Below are positions 13,770-27,574 of a stretch of 64,000 nucleotides of DNA, one piece after another. Position numbers and translations under genes: made by a program. The stretch comes from Vicugna vicugna (lineage: Eukaryota): contig MU058478.1 in NCBI GenBank assembly GCA_013265495.1, forward strand, positions 390,032-454,031, read 5' to 3'. A model generated the notes under the pieces. It searched no databases, was not told the origin of the DNA, and saw nothing but the letters and a program-made list of their open reading frames with translations. Within the stretch, counting starts at the first letter, position 1; each line of letters opens with the position of its first letter.

Positions 13770-15581
13770 TTGTTAAATGCATGAAGGGGATGCTTTCTGA
13801 GCGGGTGAGGTGAGCAACCTGTGTGTGTGTCTCTGCGTCTGTCTGTATGTGCATATGCATGTGTGCTTGTGCAAAAAACAGAGATAAAAATATTAGCGTG
13901 CAGACCAGACTGCTCCTGGTGTTCTTGGAGTCTGTCCTCTGTTTTGGGAGCGCCATTCTCATCGCCCCTTATTCTCAGTGGCACGTAGAGCCACTGATCA
14001 CCTAAGTTCTTGGTTCTAAATAGACTTCACTACCCTCTTTCATAACCCTTCTCAAAAATTTTACCTTCGATAAATCACAATAATTACTCATCCAGCCCAT
14101 CTTCATGCTGTGTCATCCTATTAATTTTTAATTCAGATTTTTTCCCAAGTCATAACAACCACTAGAACATCAAATATTTTGTAGTTAAAATACACAAAAA
14201 GAAGAAAACAAGATTTAATTGAAAATTTAGGCCTTCCTTGTCACTGCTTTCCTACGATATTCCTTGGGAGAGCCTGAAAGACACAGGACAAGGATTTATA
14301 TACATACTCATAATCTACATAAAAATATATACACAGTTCAAAAATATCTCCAAATGTACCCTTCCAATTAAGTCATGTCTTTTGACAAACTCATCTTTGG
14401 AAATTAACATCTTCCTAAGAATAATTTAGTCAGGCAAACTGATTGCCCGAAAACTAATTTAATTCTACAAGATTTTGGAGAAGCCTCAGGCAACTCAGGA
14501 GGCAGAGGAAGTATTCAGAACAGACTCAGGCAGGCCTGCAGTGAGGTTTCGGAGCGCCTCCCAAGGCTGAGCTGCAGGTGCGTGGTGATGAGGAAGGGGT
14601 CATCCCCAGGTTGCCTGGGAGCGAGTGAGGAGGGCACCCCTGGAGGCTGGTACCCACCTGGGACAAGTTCTAGACATGGGGAAGCATTGTCCCTGAATTG
14701 GGTTTTCCTTTTGTCTCTTCTTGTGACAACCAGGCAATCAGAGCTTTAAGGAATTCAACTGATTTCATCATCGATTCATGGTCCCCACCGTCCAACAAAC
14801 ACGAACGAAATCCTTACCAAACACCAGGTTCTCAGCCTTTTCATCTATGTACGAGGGTAGGAGAGGTAGAAATGTACTGAGGGTCCAACTTAGAAGCTGG
14901 CTCAGAGAAAGGGTTTTTACCTTGCTGTGCTTTTCAGCTTTGTTTTTGTTTAGATATTTGTTTTGCCAAGGAATTCTTTGCATTTTTTATTTTCTAAATT
15001 TTTTAGCTGTCTTCTTGGAGCATTTTATGTTGTCTTGATGAATGTGTTTTATGTTATTGGCAATATTATTGTGGCTGTGTCATTGTGCCATCCAAGTCTC
15101 TAACCATCAGTCTCTTGGAATTGGAAATGTGTCAGGAATCCAACCAACAGATAATCAAGAGAAATTGTTGGGGAGTTCAAAACTGTCGGTGGTGGAAGAA
15201 AGAAAGGAGATCTTGCTGGCTTCCGGTCTCTGATGCAGGACAGTGATCTTAATGAATTTGTTTTAAACGTGTGGAATTTAAAGAGCTGCCCATAGGAAGC
15301 TGTCAAGGAGTTTCCGATGAACTGGCTCCGGCAAGAATCCTGGGCTACAGACGTGGACTTCCAGAATTTGCCATCTTCATCCTTTATTCTTCCCTCAAAC
15401 TCCCCTTCTGAGCTGCCACTGTGTACAATTGCTTCATAGAGTTTAGGAGCAAGATGTAGGTCAGGTGGCAATGCATCTTAAAAGTCACACAACAAGCCAA
15501 GCGATGCAAAAAATTTAAAAACCGGTAGTATTTGATTAAACCACAAAGAATAAAATAAATACCATGCATCTTTATGGATAC

Positions 15582-15640
15582 ATGGATATGAATGAATATG
15601 GAATGGATATGAATGAATATGGAATGGATATGAATGAATA
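15582..15640. repeat. 21-bp tandem repeat, ~2.8 copies
   Basis: atggatatgaatgaatatgga at 15582 and 15603, with a partial copy at 15624. Confidence 0.9.
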
Positions 15641-15799
15641 AATGAAATCAAGGCAGAAGAATGAATGAATAAATAAGAAAATAATTAAAAGGGTCCAATC
15701 TTCCTTACAGAAAAAAATCCAAATATTAAACACAGAGGAAGGAGAGAAATAGAACGTCACAATTACAACAGGACAACAGAACATCAGAGTATCATCCCC

Positions 15800-16505
15800 T
15801 TAGGGTATAGATTATTGACCGCGCTGGTTCTGAGATATGTCCCCGCGGACTTTGACAGTTCCCACCCAGAGATGGAGCTTAATTCCCTCTTCTCTGAACT
15901 TGACCTGCATGCAGTGCATCACTTACAAACCACAAGATATGGAAAGGGGAAGCAGTATCATTATAGAGAGGAAACCCAGCAGACACTGCCAAGCCATCAA
16001 GGTTAATGTCACCAGCAATGAATCATGCTGACAGGGTATAGTCCATAATATGAGTCAGTGTAGAGGCCATAGCATATCTGTAGCATCTTCAAAAATTCTA
16101 CAACCCAGTCAAATCATGGGTAAGTCATCAGATAAAACGAGACTGAAGAACGTGTTCCATCCACCTGACCAGTTCTCTCCAAAAGCATCAAGGTCAAGAG
16201 AGACAAGACAAATCTGAGAAATTGTCACAAATAAGAGGAGACCAGGGGGACGTGACAATTAAATGCAAAGCAGTGTCCGGGGTTAATCTTTGCACACACA
16301 CACAAAATTTATATTAATTGAAAAACAGGGGATTCAAATATATTCTGTTTTCCTTAATAGTATTTTGTGGCTGCTAATTTCTTAATTTTGATAAAATTTA
16401 CCCTGGTTATGTAAAGTGTTAAGAGGTGAAGCCGGCTAACACAAGGCATCTCAACGTCTTTGCAGCACTTCTGTAAATCTCACGTTAATTCAGATAAAGA
16501 GTTTA
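15800..16505 (+). mobile_element. Ancient L1 3'UTR (L1MC4-like)
   Basis: gagcttaattccctc...atcaaggttaatgtcaccagcaatg...gtgacaattaaatgcaa motifs, typical of L1MC/MD 3' ends. Confidence 0.7.
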
Positions 16506-16528
16506 AAGATGGCACATTGTATACGTCA

Positions 16529-16822
16529 CTTTTTTATTGAAGTAGAGTTGATTTGCAGTGTTGTGTTAGTTTCTGGGGTACGGCACAGTGACTCAGTCAT
16601 ATAGATTATTTTTCACATTCTTTTTTTATTATAGGTTATTATGAGACACTGAATGTAGTTCCCTGTGCTGTGCGGTGGGACCTTGTTGTTTATCTCTTTT
16701 ATGTACAGTAGCGTGTGTCTGCTAATTGCAAACTCCGAATTTCCACGCCTTCTTTTCCCCTTGGGTAACTGTAAGTTTGTGTTCTGTGTGAGTCTGTTTC
16801 TGTTTTGTGAATAAGTTCATCT
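16529..16822 (-). mobile_element. Cetartiodactyl-type L1 3'UTR
   Basis: ttttattgaagtagagttgattt...ccctgtgctgtgcggtgggaccttgttgtttatc. Confidence 0.88.
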
Positions 16823-18321
16823 TCAGTTTATTTTATATTTTTAGTTAAATTCCTGACACTGAGCTCGAAGTCTATTGAATTAAATCCGTTTACAATTTGA
16901 ACTCGCCTTTCTCGGTGGCCCATTTTGCCTTAGCGTTGACAAAAGGGATAGACGGGGTGCATCAAAACGAATAAGCAGGTGAACGTTACAAATTTTAAGA
17001 AAAACGTAAGTTAATTCAGACCAGCTCTCTCTAATGTGGCCATTAGAACGGTCTTACCAACAAAAGCATATGCAAGATCTGTCAAGACTCTTTTCTGCCT
17101 GAGGATAAAATGAGTTTATACGGCTGGTCTTTGCTTCACATATTCTCCGTACTTCCAATTAATAGGCTCTAAAGAAGCGTATAAGTTGCTTCATTAGTCA
17201 CCATTTCCCAGGGCAGAGAAGTGACTGGGGCGCGTGAAGAATAGTCGTTAAGAGCAGAGAGCTGGAATTTGGCGCAGAGCCTGGAAGGGAGAGGCCGGAC
17301 GAGCTGCCCAGACAGGAGCAAGCAGCCCGGGGAAGGTGGTCAAGTGAAACCAGAGCACCCTGGCCTCACTGATGCTCCAATGGTCCTTTCGGACTCCGTC
17401 CTCCCCAAATCATCTTCCCTTGGCAGTTGCCCACTCGGGACAGCTCGTAATTCGCTGCGTGGACAGAAGAAAAGCCGGTGAGAAATTTGAGTGTGATTAG
17501 AGGACCAGCAGGTGAGGATTTGCTTGCCTAATGAGTCATCTCTCTCTCTTTTTCTCTCCAGTGACCATCCTTTCCAAAATCCTCCAGTGAACCGCAGAAG
17601 CATCACCCAGCGCCCCTCCAAATGCATTCTGGGCTTTTCTTCTGCCCCACGCTGTGCTTTCCAGTCTCCAGGTCTTTGCTCACACATCCTCTGCCTTTCC
17701 TGTTGCTCTCTGAATTCCAAAACCATTAGACATGTTGGAATTCAACTATTCCTCCCCTTGCTCAAAGCCTCCCCTGCACCAAACCGGCTGATCAAGCAGT
17801 CAGTCCGTGGATGCAGTCTGATTGCTTTTCTCCGCCCACAATTATAGGCACTTAGCCCATCCCGGCTACTAGTATTCTAAATTCTTTACTCATATATTTT
17901 AAGCTCTTAAAGAAAGAGACTATGGACCGCTCAGCGGTGCAGCCTCCAGAGTGTCTACCACGTGTCTGACAGTTGGATCTGATTCATTTAGAAGTTTCCA
18001 CGGCGATGTGAAGGCACCTAATGCTGCTGAAATAAATGCACGCTGATAAAGGTTCAAATGGTACATTGTATATAATATACATTTTGCCACAGTAAGAAAA
18101 ATATACGTAAGGAACTACTTTAAATACGAACTTGGAGCTGCTCAGTCCTGAGATGAGCCCTTGTGTGGAGGGTGACCTGTGGTCCCCAAATGCAGGCTGC
18201 GGTGTGGTCACACCCTCCCTCCCTCTGTGTGTGTTTTTCATGTCTCTCTCATGGCGCTGCTCTGTGCTTTCAATAAAAATGATGATGATGATGATAATAA
18301 TAAATAACAATCACTACTGTT

Positions 18322-18570
18322 ATTTTATCTATTTATTGATTTATTGAAATACCATCAATTACAATGTGTCCATTTCTGGCTACAGCACAATGTCCCGGTC
18401 ATGCAGGTACATACATATATTCATTTGTTTTCATATTCTTTTTTATTGTAGGTTAACACAAGGTGTCGAATATGGTTCCCTGTGCTGTACAGAAGAAACT
18501 TGTTGTGTATCTATTGTATAGATGGTAGTTACTAATTGCAAATCTCAAACTGCCAATTTATCCCTTCCCA
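18322..18570 (-). mobile_element. L1 3'UTR fragment
   Basis: ttattgaaataccatcaattacaatg...ccctgtgctgtacagaagaaacttg...tttatcccttccca. Confidence 0.88.
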
Positions 18571-21500
18571 GCCTCTTATTTTTTGGAAAAAAAAAAAAAA
18601 AGACAAGAGAAGCCATGTGAATATTCATCCGGAAGCAGGAGGCCCCGCTTCTGTGTTCCCTAAAAAGTCCTGGGGAGGGAGAGCGCTGCCCGGGAATGCT
18701 GATGCTCCAGGTCACCGAGAGCCGGGCTGGGGACCCAGGGTGACAACAGTGGGTAAATCAAAACCCAGGGTTTAGGGGCTCGTGGAGGAGACTCTCACTG
18801 AATGTAAAAAAAATAATATTCCTCTTGTATTTCCTGGGACCCTCCCACATCCCTAGGTGAACCATCTCCCACCTACACGCTCTCACGAAGGCACTTTCAA
18901 ATGCTCAGCATGGGATGGGGACACCTGCCCTTTTCTGCCAGCCTGGCTGCTCCCTTCCCAGGTTCTCCCACAGAGAACGGTCCCCTTCAGTGCAGTCGCC
19001 CATGTTGGGAGGCAGGGATGATGCGTGGCCACCCTGGGGTGTCGCTTCCTTCTCCTGCAACGGCTCCCGGAGTGCTTTTGTGTTATTGCACATTTTGCCC
19101 TGCGAGCAGCCTCAGCTTGCTTCTCTGAGTGCCAAGCCACTGATACCCTCCCATCCCCGAACAGGGTCACGGATGCTGGGCTCCCGGGCATTTGTGGAAG
19201 GAGCAGAGAAAATCCTCTGGTTCCCTGATCATGGTGTCAGCTGGGTCCCACTGGCCCCCACACTGTGCCTCCTCATAAAATACCATCTCACAGTGGTTTC
19301 TGTGACCAGCAACCTAACATTTCTCTCAAAGCCTCTCTGGGCCAGGTTAATGTTTACAAGAGACTGGGCTGGACAGCGATCCGACTGAGACAGACTTTGA
19401 TTTTATAGACAGATGCATTGGGTGACTTTTGCTTCCCTTAAGAAGAGTTCTGTAAATGGGGGCCCTTGTGCAGGGAGACCCTGTGTGGGCTTTGCACACC
19501 AACCCCCCAGAAATGCTCAGAGAGTTAATAATTCTAGGGTGATCGCGATTTACACTCAGACTGGGACAATTGCTGTTCTGGGTTAGGAGAGAAAATGCTG
19601 TAAATCCTGATGCTGGACCACACAGAGGACGAACCCCCCTTTGCTAACATGACAAACGCCCAACACGCACCCACTTGTAAGCACACTGTCCCGACATAAT
19701 CAGCAGAATTAACCTCAAGTGCCATAAAGTAATTTAAAAATATGTACTGAATGTCAACACGTAAGAAGCAAATCAATTAAAAATTAAAGGCAGAAGGAAA
19801 AAGCAGGTGAGCAGAGGGGTTACAATTAAGCCATCAGCAGACAGTTGGTGACACTGGGTCAGGGTAACAGAACAGCAATTTGATTTCGTTTTCATCAGGG
19901 CGACCCACCTGGAGACTTCCAGGTCTGGGGTGAACCTCACGCATGATGGATTTTGCAATTTATAAATGGATTTTTGCATTGTTTTGGAATTTAGGCAATT
20001 CACCCAAAACCATTCAGTTCCTGTAGAGTGGTATTAAAAACTAAAATTCAGCATTCCGCACAGACTTTTTTTTTAATATATTGCATGTATTTTTCTTTGA
20101 ATTTAATTGTTATGTTCCAAATGCATTGAGAACGATCCGCAAGACGCTACGTAAAATAGAGTTATGATTGCTAAGAAGTGCGTTGAAAGTTTTGTATGGA
20201 GGGAAAGCAACCTGTTTCCTCAAATTCCTCATCTTGGGGAGAGCAGTTACCTCTCCCAGCCACTTCTGCCTCCAGCCCGGCCATCCCCGGCTGTCGCTGG
20301 TGCTGACAGACCATTGACACATTCTCCAGGACACCACACATGGGACACAGAACCGAAGAGACCAAACTGAGCTGAAAATGAATCCATCTCTCACACTGAA
20401 CTTCGGAACAAATGTTTCCATTTCTCATCATCCGGACCTCCTGACCTGTGCACTTTTCGTGCTCAACAAAACTTTATTTCCATCACTCATTACGCACATC
20501 TAATCACCCCATGTCTTCAACAGACAGAACAGACTGAATGCAACTTTTTGATATGCAAGCCTCACTGAATATATACTTAATGCTTCAATATTTCAAACCA
20601 AGTTGCGATAAGCAACTTCTCACGGTAAAGTTTATATTTTTGGCATTCACATTGAATCTTCCTTCTCTGTGATTCTGCTAATGTTTTTTGACCTTGAACG
20701 CTAATTATCTTAACATTTTTGACCTTGAACAAAATTATCTTAAATCATTACCTTATAAAATGTTAACAAAACATCCATTAAAACAAAACTGGACTCATTT
20801 CATAACGTTATTTGAGATTCTTTATTACCTAAATGAAAGAAAAAATAAACAAATAAACATTCTGATTTTCCTTAAAAAAAAAAAGGGATCCGCTAATTTC
20901 TTACGAATATTGACTATCACAGGGGTTTTAGCATTTAGCATTATTTCTGTTCAGAAAGGCAATGCATTCGTTTTATTTGACCTTACTTTTCATGTAAAAG
21001 AAACAGAAGTGTTGCATCGCAAATCCATGCCAGTAACTTCATGAGATTGAGATTTTAGCCTTGTTTTTGTTTCGTTCTGTTACTTACATATGAGATATGA
21101 GTGTAGCCTAAGAAAAGTAATTTCGATGTTTGAAACTTTAAGTGAAAGGCAGTCAAGAAAAGATTTCCACGAGACAAAACCTGTCATGCCCTTCTGTCTT
21201 AGTGATGACACACTCACAGTGCACCGGAGTGACAAGTCTGCAAGTCGTGGGCGGTGGCCAGCCAGGAAGGCTTGGCCGGAAACGCCATGCAAGGTGGATT
21301 AGCTCACTCAGTGACTTCCTTCTTTCTTTTTTTTGCTTTTTGTTTGCTTGTTTGTTTTTCCTTCCTTAAAGTGTACAGGGTGTGACCACCAGAAGTCACT
21401 CTGAAGTCATCTCTGTCCCTTTCTGGCTCTTACATTCTGTCCTCAAACTGCGATGACATGAGTTCACAGTGTCGAACTCACCCCCTCATAGCATTTCTTC

Positions 21501-22395
21501 CCCTTCACTGCTGTGTCTGCATTGCAAATGCTGACTGGCTAACAGTGCTAAGTGATCATGAATTGGTCGTTAGTGCGATGGACAAAATGCTCCTTTTGTG
21601 TCCTAAGGGGTGGAGGGCGCTGATGGGTGCCTTAATCACAAAATCTTGAAAGGTACCCTCAACATATGGTAGCGCCTTTCACTTGCAGAGATTTGAGAGT
21701 GAGGAAAGACTAAAAGTTTTACGTTTCAAAGCTGCAGGCGTTCCTTCTTCCCCCTCAAAAGCAAGACCCACATCCCCCAGGGCCCTTTGTTTTAACAGAA
21801 ACTTCAAAGAGCCCTTTGACCCACAGAGGCGGACGCGAGACAGTGCAAAGTGAAGAGCAATTCCCCTGCATAATGAAGTGAACAGAATTGGCAGCCGGCT
21901 GGAGGAAAGCGAAGAGGGAGATGAAGAGGCCGGTGGAAACAGGGATGGAGGAGTCAGAAATCACCACGAAACTTGTCAATCTCAGAGGAACCGGGCAAAA
22001 CAGTCTGCTCGATTTAAATTTGCAAAGATCAGGGCGCGCTCAGCTAACAGTGGGGTTAGACAATTGAACGATCTTCTCACGGCAGCTTCAGGCTAAGCAA
22101 AAACGTTCCCTCCATGGACTCAAACTTTGGGAGCTGACTCAATCTGGCTTGGTGTTTTGTTGAAATAGATCCATGAGAAGGCAGGGGTCGGGGGTAATCA
22201 CCTCTTTTTCGCGGCTTGTTTATATGCGTGGGAAAGACGCATCTGAATCACCATCATATTAATGAAAATCAACATAGTATATAATTCAATGTAGATTACA
22301 GGGCTCCTGCCATATAATTTCACTTCCGTAAATGAGCAGTAACACGGATTTTTTTTTCTTATAGGCTGATGATGATATTTTTGGCTTTATGAAAC

Positions 22396-22712
22396 ATTCA
22401 GGCTGTTGTACAAATACCATGAGCTGGTGGGGGGCTCGTAATTCTCGGATCAAGGTGCCCTTAGAGTCGGGGTCTGGGGCGGACCTCCTGCTTCACACGG
22501 ATGGCAGTCTCTTCTTTGTATCTTCACGGGGTCACAGGGGTGGGGAGCTCTGTGGGTTCCCTTTGATAAGAACACTAATCTGATTCACGATGGCTCCTCT
22601 CTTGTGAGCAAAAGGCCTCCCAAAGACGCCACTCATGAATGTCATCATCTTTGGGCGTTAGGATTCCAGCACATGAATTTTGTGGGGGGACACAGACATT
22701 CACACAGTAGCA
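22396..22712 (-). mobile_element. MLT1A-type MaLR solo LTR
   Basis: Ends ttaggattccagcacatgaattttgtggggggacacagacattcacacagtagca, the reverse complement of the MLT1A 5' end. Confidence 0.85.
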
Positions 22713-24879
22713 AGCGTTCAAGGAAGCCTGTGTAGTCTGGTTAAAGAAAGAAAAGAAATATATATATATATATACACACATATGTATGAAAAATAAATTT
22801 CCTAAGAAGCAAAAAAAAATTCACATATTTAGTGCAAACTTCATTGCTAATTTGGGTGGATATATGAAAAATCATTTTCCCTTGGAGAGTGAAATGCATT
22901 GTTGGACTGAATTCTTCAGTCCAGTGCTACCAACAAGAAATCATTTATCACCGTGCAAATCGTTTATCATTTAGTGATCACTCACTGGTATTAATGCACC
23001 CAACCTTACGTCTCCGGGAGCGCTCAGGTCTTGCGATGGTGTTCGGAGCTGTGTCATTGCAATGTTGTCTTTTATCTTCTTATCTTCATCCTGCCTTATT
23101 GCGTGGGCTGTTCTGATTGATCAGCGCCCTTAGCACCAGGCACTTGGCTGTGCTCACATTTTTATTTATCCTTCTGTAGCCCATCAAGTTTATTATCTGC
23201 ATGGTTCTCCATATTCCTCAACGTTTCTTTTATATTTCCATCTCTTCCATCACCTGTGTTGGGGATGAAATGGTATCTTTACCTTGATCTTTCAAATCAT
23301 CCGTTTATTTAGTGCTATCATTCTGTTAGTTAATCCACCTTTTTTTTTTCCTCTCTCTCTTTTCATTTGGGCAGAATAAACTGTCTTTTTTTTTTTTAAT
23401 CTTTTCCCAAAACTGTTTTGTGATGTCCCTTGATCCCTTTTCAGAATGGCAGGCTTATAGTTTCCAGAATTAATTTTTGAAGCATTCTCCTTCCTGGTCA
23501 ACGCCTCTGCCAGTGACAGACTGATTTCTCACCAAGCTCGTTAGCTGATGGGGGGTGGAGGGCTGGCTTTGAAAATGAGAGGGTGGAAACAACCACCACA
23601 TGTTGTGGCCTGTGGACACACAGATCCAAGCCCTAAGACGTCCCCTCCCCTCCGTCCCCAGCCCCCAGACACACTGCCTCTTCATTTTTTTGTTGTCTGT
23701 AGGAGGAAGTTTTAAAGAGAGAAAAGATGCTGTTCGAATAAATATGCTTCTAGAAGCAGCTCAGAGCCGGAGGTGTGTGTACAAGTTTTTTCCCACTCGA
23801 GGTCCTTTGGACAAACTCTGCCTTGAATTGATCACCAGGACTTTGTAATGCCAGCCTCGTCTTGCCTGCCAGCCTCCAGTTCTGAGCCAGACATGCCCTC
23901 CACGCTTCTGTCCACTGAGAATCACGGGTCGCTGAGGCTGTGACCGGAGAAAGCAAACTGGAAACCCAAGGCGTGTAAACAATGTTTTCCTCAAACTGTC
24001 AGCCTAAGGCCTTGGCTCCTCTGGGCTGGACCCCTGCCTCTTACGTGAATTTATAGCGTAGTTCACATTTGAGCAACGATTTTCCTAAAGACCTTAATTC
24101 ACCGAGGAAACATCAACATTACAGTGCTGGCTTGGAGAACTTTTGATAAGAATAAAAATTATTCATACAAGAAGTTATTCAGAACAGAATAAGAGTAAAG
24201 CTTTATTCTTGGTCTTTTTTTCTTTTTTTTCTTCTGCATTGGAATGAAGAAGCATCGAAACAAAATTCAGATACACATTTTTTTCCCTCAGAAAATTTCT
24301 TAGCCAAGGCAAATAAAAATGTTAACATGTTTATATCTATCCCTCTTTTGGATCCTCCCAAATGAGAGCCTGAACTTAATGAGCTTTCATCCACGGTTTT
24401 TCTACCTCCATCTGATGCTTCTCAATTTTTCTTCCTTCTTTCCAACCCACTTCCCCCTCTGGCTCAGCCAGGACCCTGCAAAACTCAGTCCCTTCTTATA
24501 TTTAAATCCCTACGTGTGTCCTTGGCTTTGGCTTCACTCTGAACTGACGGCTTATGTTAAACTTTCAGAAGCTAAACAAGATCAACAAAAATTGACAGAG
24601 GGATTTGGAATGGCCCTAAGAATGAATAATCCAAGGCTATCAGATCTATGTGGACGATGACAGATGTTGGAAGGAAACTCAGATGCCAAAAAAAAAAAAA
24701 AAGATGGAAAATAGCAGAGTGGGAAGATACTGAGATTTTGCAGAGAAGTTCAGATTTGGAAAAATCCATAAATACAAAACAACGTATTTTGGAGATGCTT
24801 TCCAAAATCTTACTTGTACAAAAATGTAGCGACTCAGTCATTCCTAGAAGTCATTCGGAAACACCTTTACACGACACTC

Positions 24880-26010
24880 AAGAATAGATCCTGAAAAATA
24901 TGGGACCTCAGCACTTGAGTCATTTCTTGTGAAGAAGGAATATTCCCAAACCACATATCTAACAAAAGACCAGTGTCTAGAATATATAGGTAACTCTCCA
25001 AATTCAACAGTTAGACATGTCAACACTCCAATTAGAAGATGGTTTAACGGAGTCAAAAGACATTTCGGTGAAGGGGAGATACAGATGACTGGTAAGTACG
25101 TGAAAAGGGTCCCAAATCACTGGCCACTAATGAGATGTAAATTTAAACCAAAATGAGATAACATTACAGGTCTATTACAATGGCTAAAATATAAAATAAT
25201 GTTAATGCCGTATTGTGGTTAGGATGTTGAGAAACATTGATGGTGGGAAAGATACAGCCACTCTGGAAGAAAGAATATGGCAGATTTTTTTTTTTTACAA
25301 AACTAAACATACGTGTGCCACATCAGCTTCACTCTCGTGCATCCATTCCTGAGAAATGACAATTTATTTTCACATAAAAACATGTGCGTGGATGTCCATA
25401 ACAGCTTTGTTTGCTCTAGCCCCACACTGGAAACTAAACAAACGTCCTTCAACAGGTGAAAACACAAAATGTGGTCCATCCACCCCGTGGAATACTGCTT
25501 AGTAACAAAACGGCCGGATTGTTGATATACACAGTGACTTGAGTGGATCTCAAGGGTATTATTCTTAGTTAAAAAAAAAAGATCTGATGTCAGAAAGTTA
25601 TCCACCGTATGTTGCCTTTATACTTAATTCAGGGAATAACAGAATTATAAATCTTCAAAACAGTTTAGTGTTTGTCACAGATTGGAGGGCCATGGGAAGG
25701 ATGGGAAGTAGCCGTGACTATAAACTGGATTCTTAAGACATACTTGTGATGGAATTTTTCTGTGTCTCGACTGTGTTGGTGGTCACGTGACTCTAGACAA
25801 ATGCAAATTAGTGCGTGTAAAAATACTGAAACTTGAAGAAATCTGAAGGTCAACTGATGTTACCAATTTCGTAGCTGTGACATGGCGCTATAATTACACA
25901 AGATGGTACCATGGGCGAGGTGGGGGGAAATTGAGTGAAAGTCACATAGGACCTTTCTGTATTAATTCTTATAAATGCAAACGAATCTACAATTATTTCA
26001 AAATAAAAGG
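24880..26010 (+). mobile_element. Old L1 (L1MC1/2-like), ORF2 end plus 3'UTR
   Basis: Decayed ORF2 peptide (TYLTKDQCLEYI...NTPIRRW...KRHF...IQMTGKYVKR). Ends gaatctacaattatttcaaaataaaa. Confidence 0.8.
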
Positions 26011-26230
26011 TTATGTTAAATTAAATAACAGAGCAAGGATTTGACTGACATCAAGTGTTAAACCCTCTCACTGAGCGAAGTGGTTTCAGAAGGAAGACTA
26101 ACCAGAGCATGATGTCTCTTAGGTTTTTGTTTCATTTCATTAGCGGCCAGTGGTACCCAAAGTCATCCGTGATCACTAGGGGTTTTAGAGAGGGGATTGG
26201 TTTTAGTTGAGCATGTTTATGCTCTCCAGA

Positions 26231-26345
26231 TTTTTTTAACATTTTTTATTGACTTATAATCATTTTATAATGTTGTCTCAAATTCCACTGTAGAGCACAA
26301 TTTTTCAGTTATATACGAACATGCATAGATTCATTGTCACATTTT
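26231..26345 (-). mobile_element. Short young L1 3' terminus
   Basis: Same terminal ~115 bp as the other young copies, flanked on both sides by cagattttttt (probable TSD). Confidence 0.9.
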
Positions 26346-26697
26346 CAAGTTTTCAGATTTTTTTTTAACCTTAAGATATAAGGCGACAATCTACACTGCA
26401 ATTCTGATTAGAAACACTAAAATTGATAAACCAATACTAAGGGTTATCTATGAATAAAATCTATCAAGGGAAATTAGTATTTTTTTTTAAATTTAGAGCT
26501 CACTAAAGAAGGTAATAGCATTCTGACTTCAGTGTTCAGTGAATTCATGCTGCCAATTGATATGGGTTTTAGTGACATAAAACACAATACATCTCAAGTT
26601 CAACTCATCTGATAAATGTACAAGTAATATGCATCACATGGCTGTAGTTTAATTTACAATCAACTGAATGAAAACCTGGAGGAAAAAGACTGTATTA

Positions 26698-27280
26698 TGG
26701 TCAGACAGAGACAGATAAATGTCATATGATATCTCTTACGTGTGTAATCTGAAAAATGCTATAAATAAACTTGTTTGCCAAACAGGGACAGACTCACAGA
26801 CAGAAAACAAACTTAGTTAAGAAATACCTGTAAAAGTATATTCTCTGAATCATAAAAAATAATCAAAAATGACCAATCAATTCAGAAATTGGGCAAGAAA
26901 GGATAAAGAAATGTTTTGCCAAAGAGCATACAGAGAGGAATACACACATGAGTGTGTTTCATTTATGCCAGATTAAAACCACAACGAGAAATCACAACCT
27001 ACCTAATCAGAGTGGCTACCATGCGAAATAGTTGATGAAAACACCAGAATCCTGGCAAGAACGCTGAGACATGCAACCGCTCATGCATCAGTGTTGAGGA
27101 TGTAAAAAATGGCACAGCCAGTTTGAAAAAGCATAAGACAGTTTCTTACAAAGTAAATGTGCAACCCAGAAATTACCCCCTTGGACATTTATCCTTGTGC
27201 AGTGAAAACATATTCGTACAAAACTTTCTGCACCATGTTCATCACACCTTTAAGCTTAATACCCCAAACCGGAAAACAAT
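26698..27280 (+). mobile_element. Fragmented L1 remnants
   Basis: gtcagacagagacagataaatgtcatatgatatctc... followed by ORF2-like attaaaaccacaacgagaaatcac...ggcacagccagtttgaaaa. Confidence 0.65.
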
Positions 27281-27574
27281 GAAAGATGTAATAATTTACT
27301 CCCCTATTCTAAGTCAATATCTATATTGATCTATCCAAAAATTTCATGATGTGCTTACTGGAAGAAACAAGAGCTAATCTGAAGGCTTACTCAATAGAAA
27401 TAAAAAGATAAAAATACCTTAAATGATTAAGATAAGCAAAATAGAGTAAGCATTTGATAAATGGTCGTGGTACTGTCTTAACTTGTTCTGTATCTAAATA
27501 CAGAACAAGTTCTTTTAAATAGTGCAAATTTGTTGTTCTTTCTACCTTTTGAATACACTATACCTGGAACAGAC

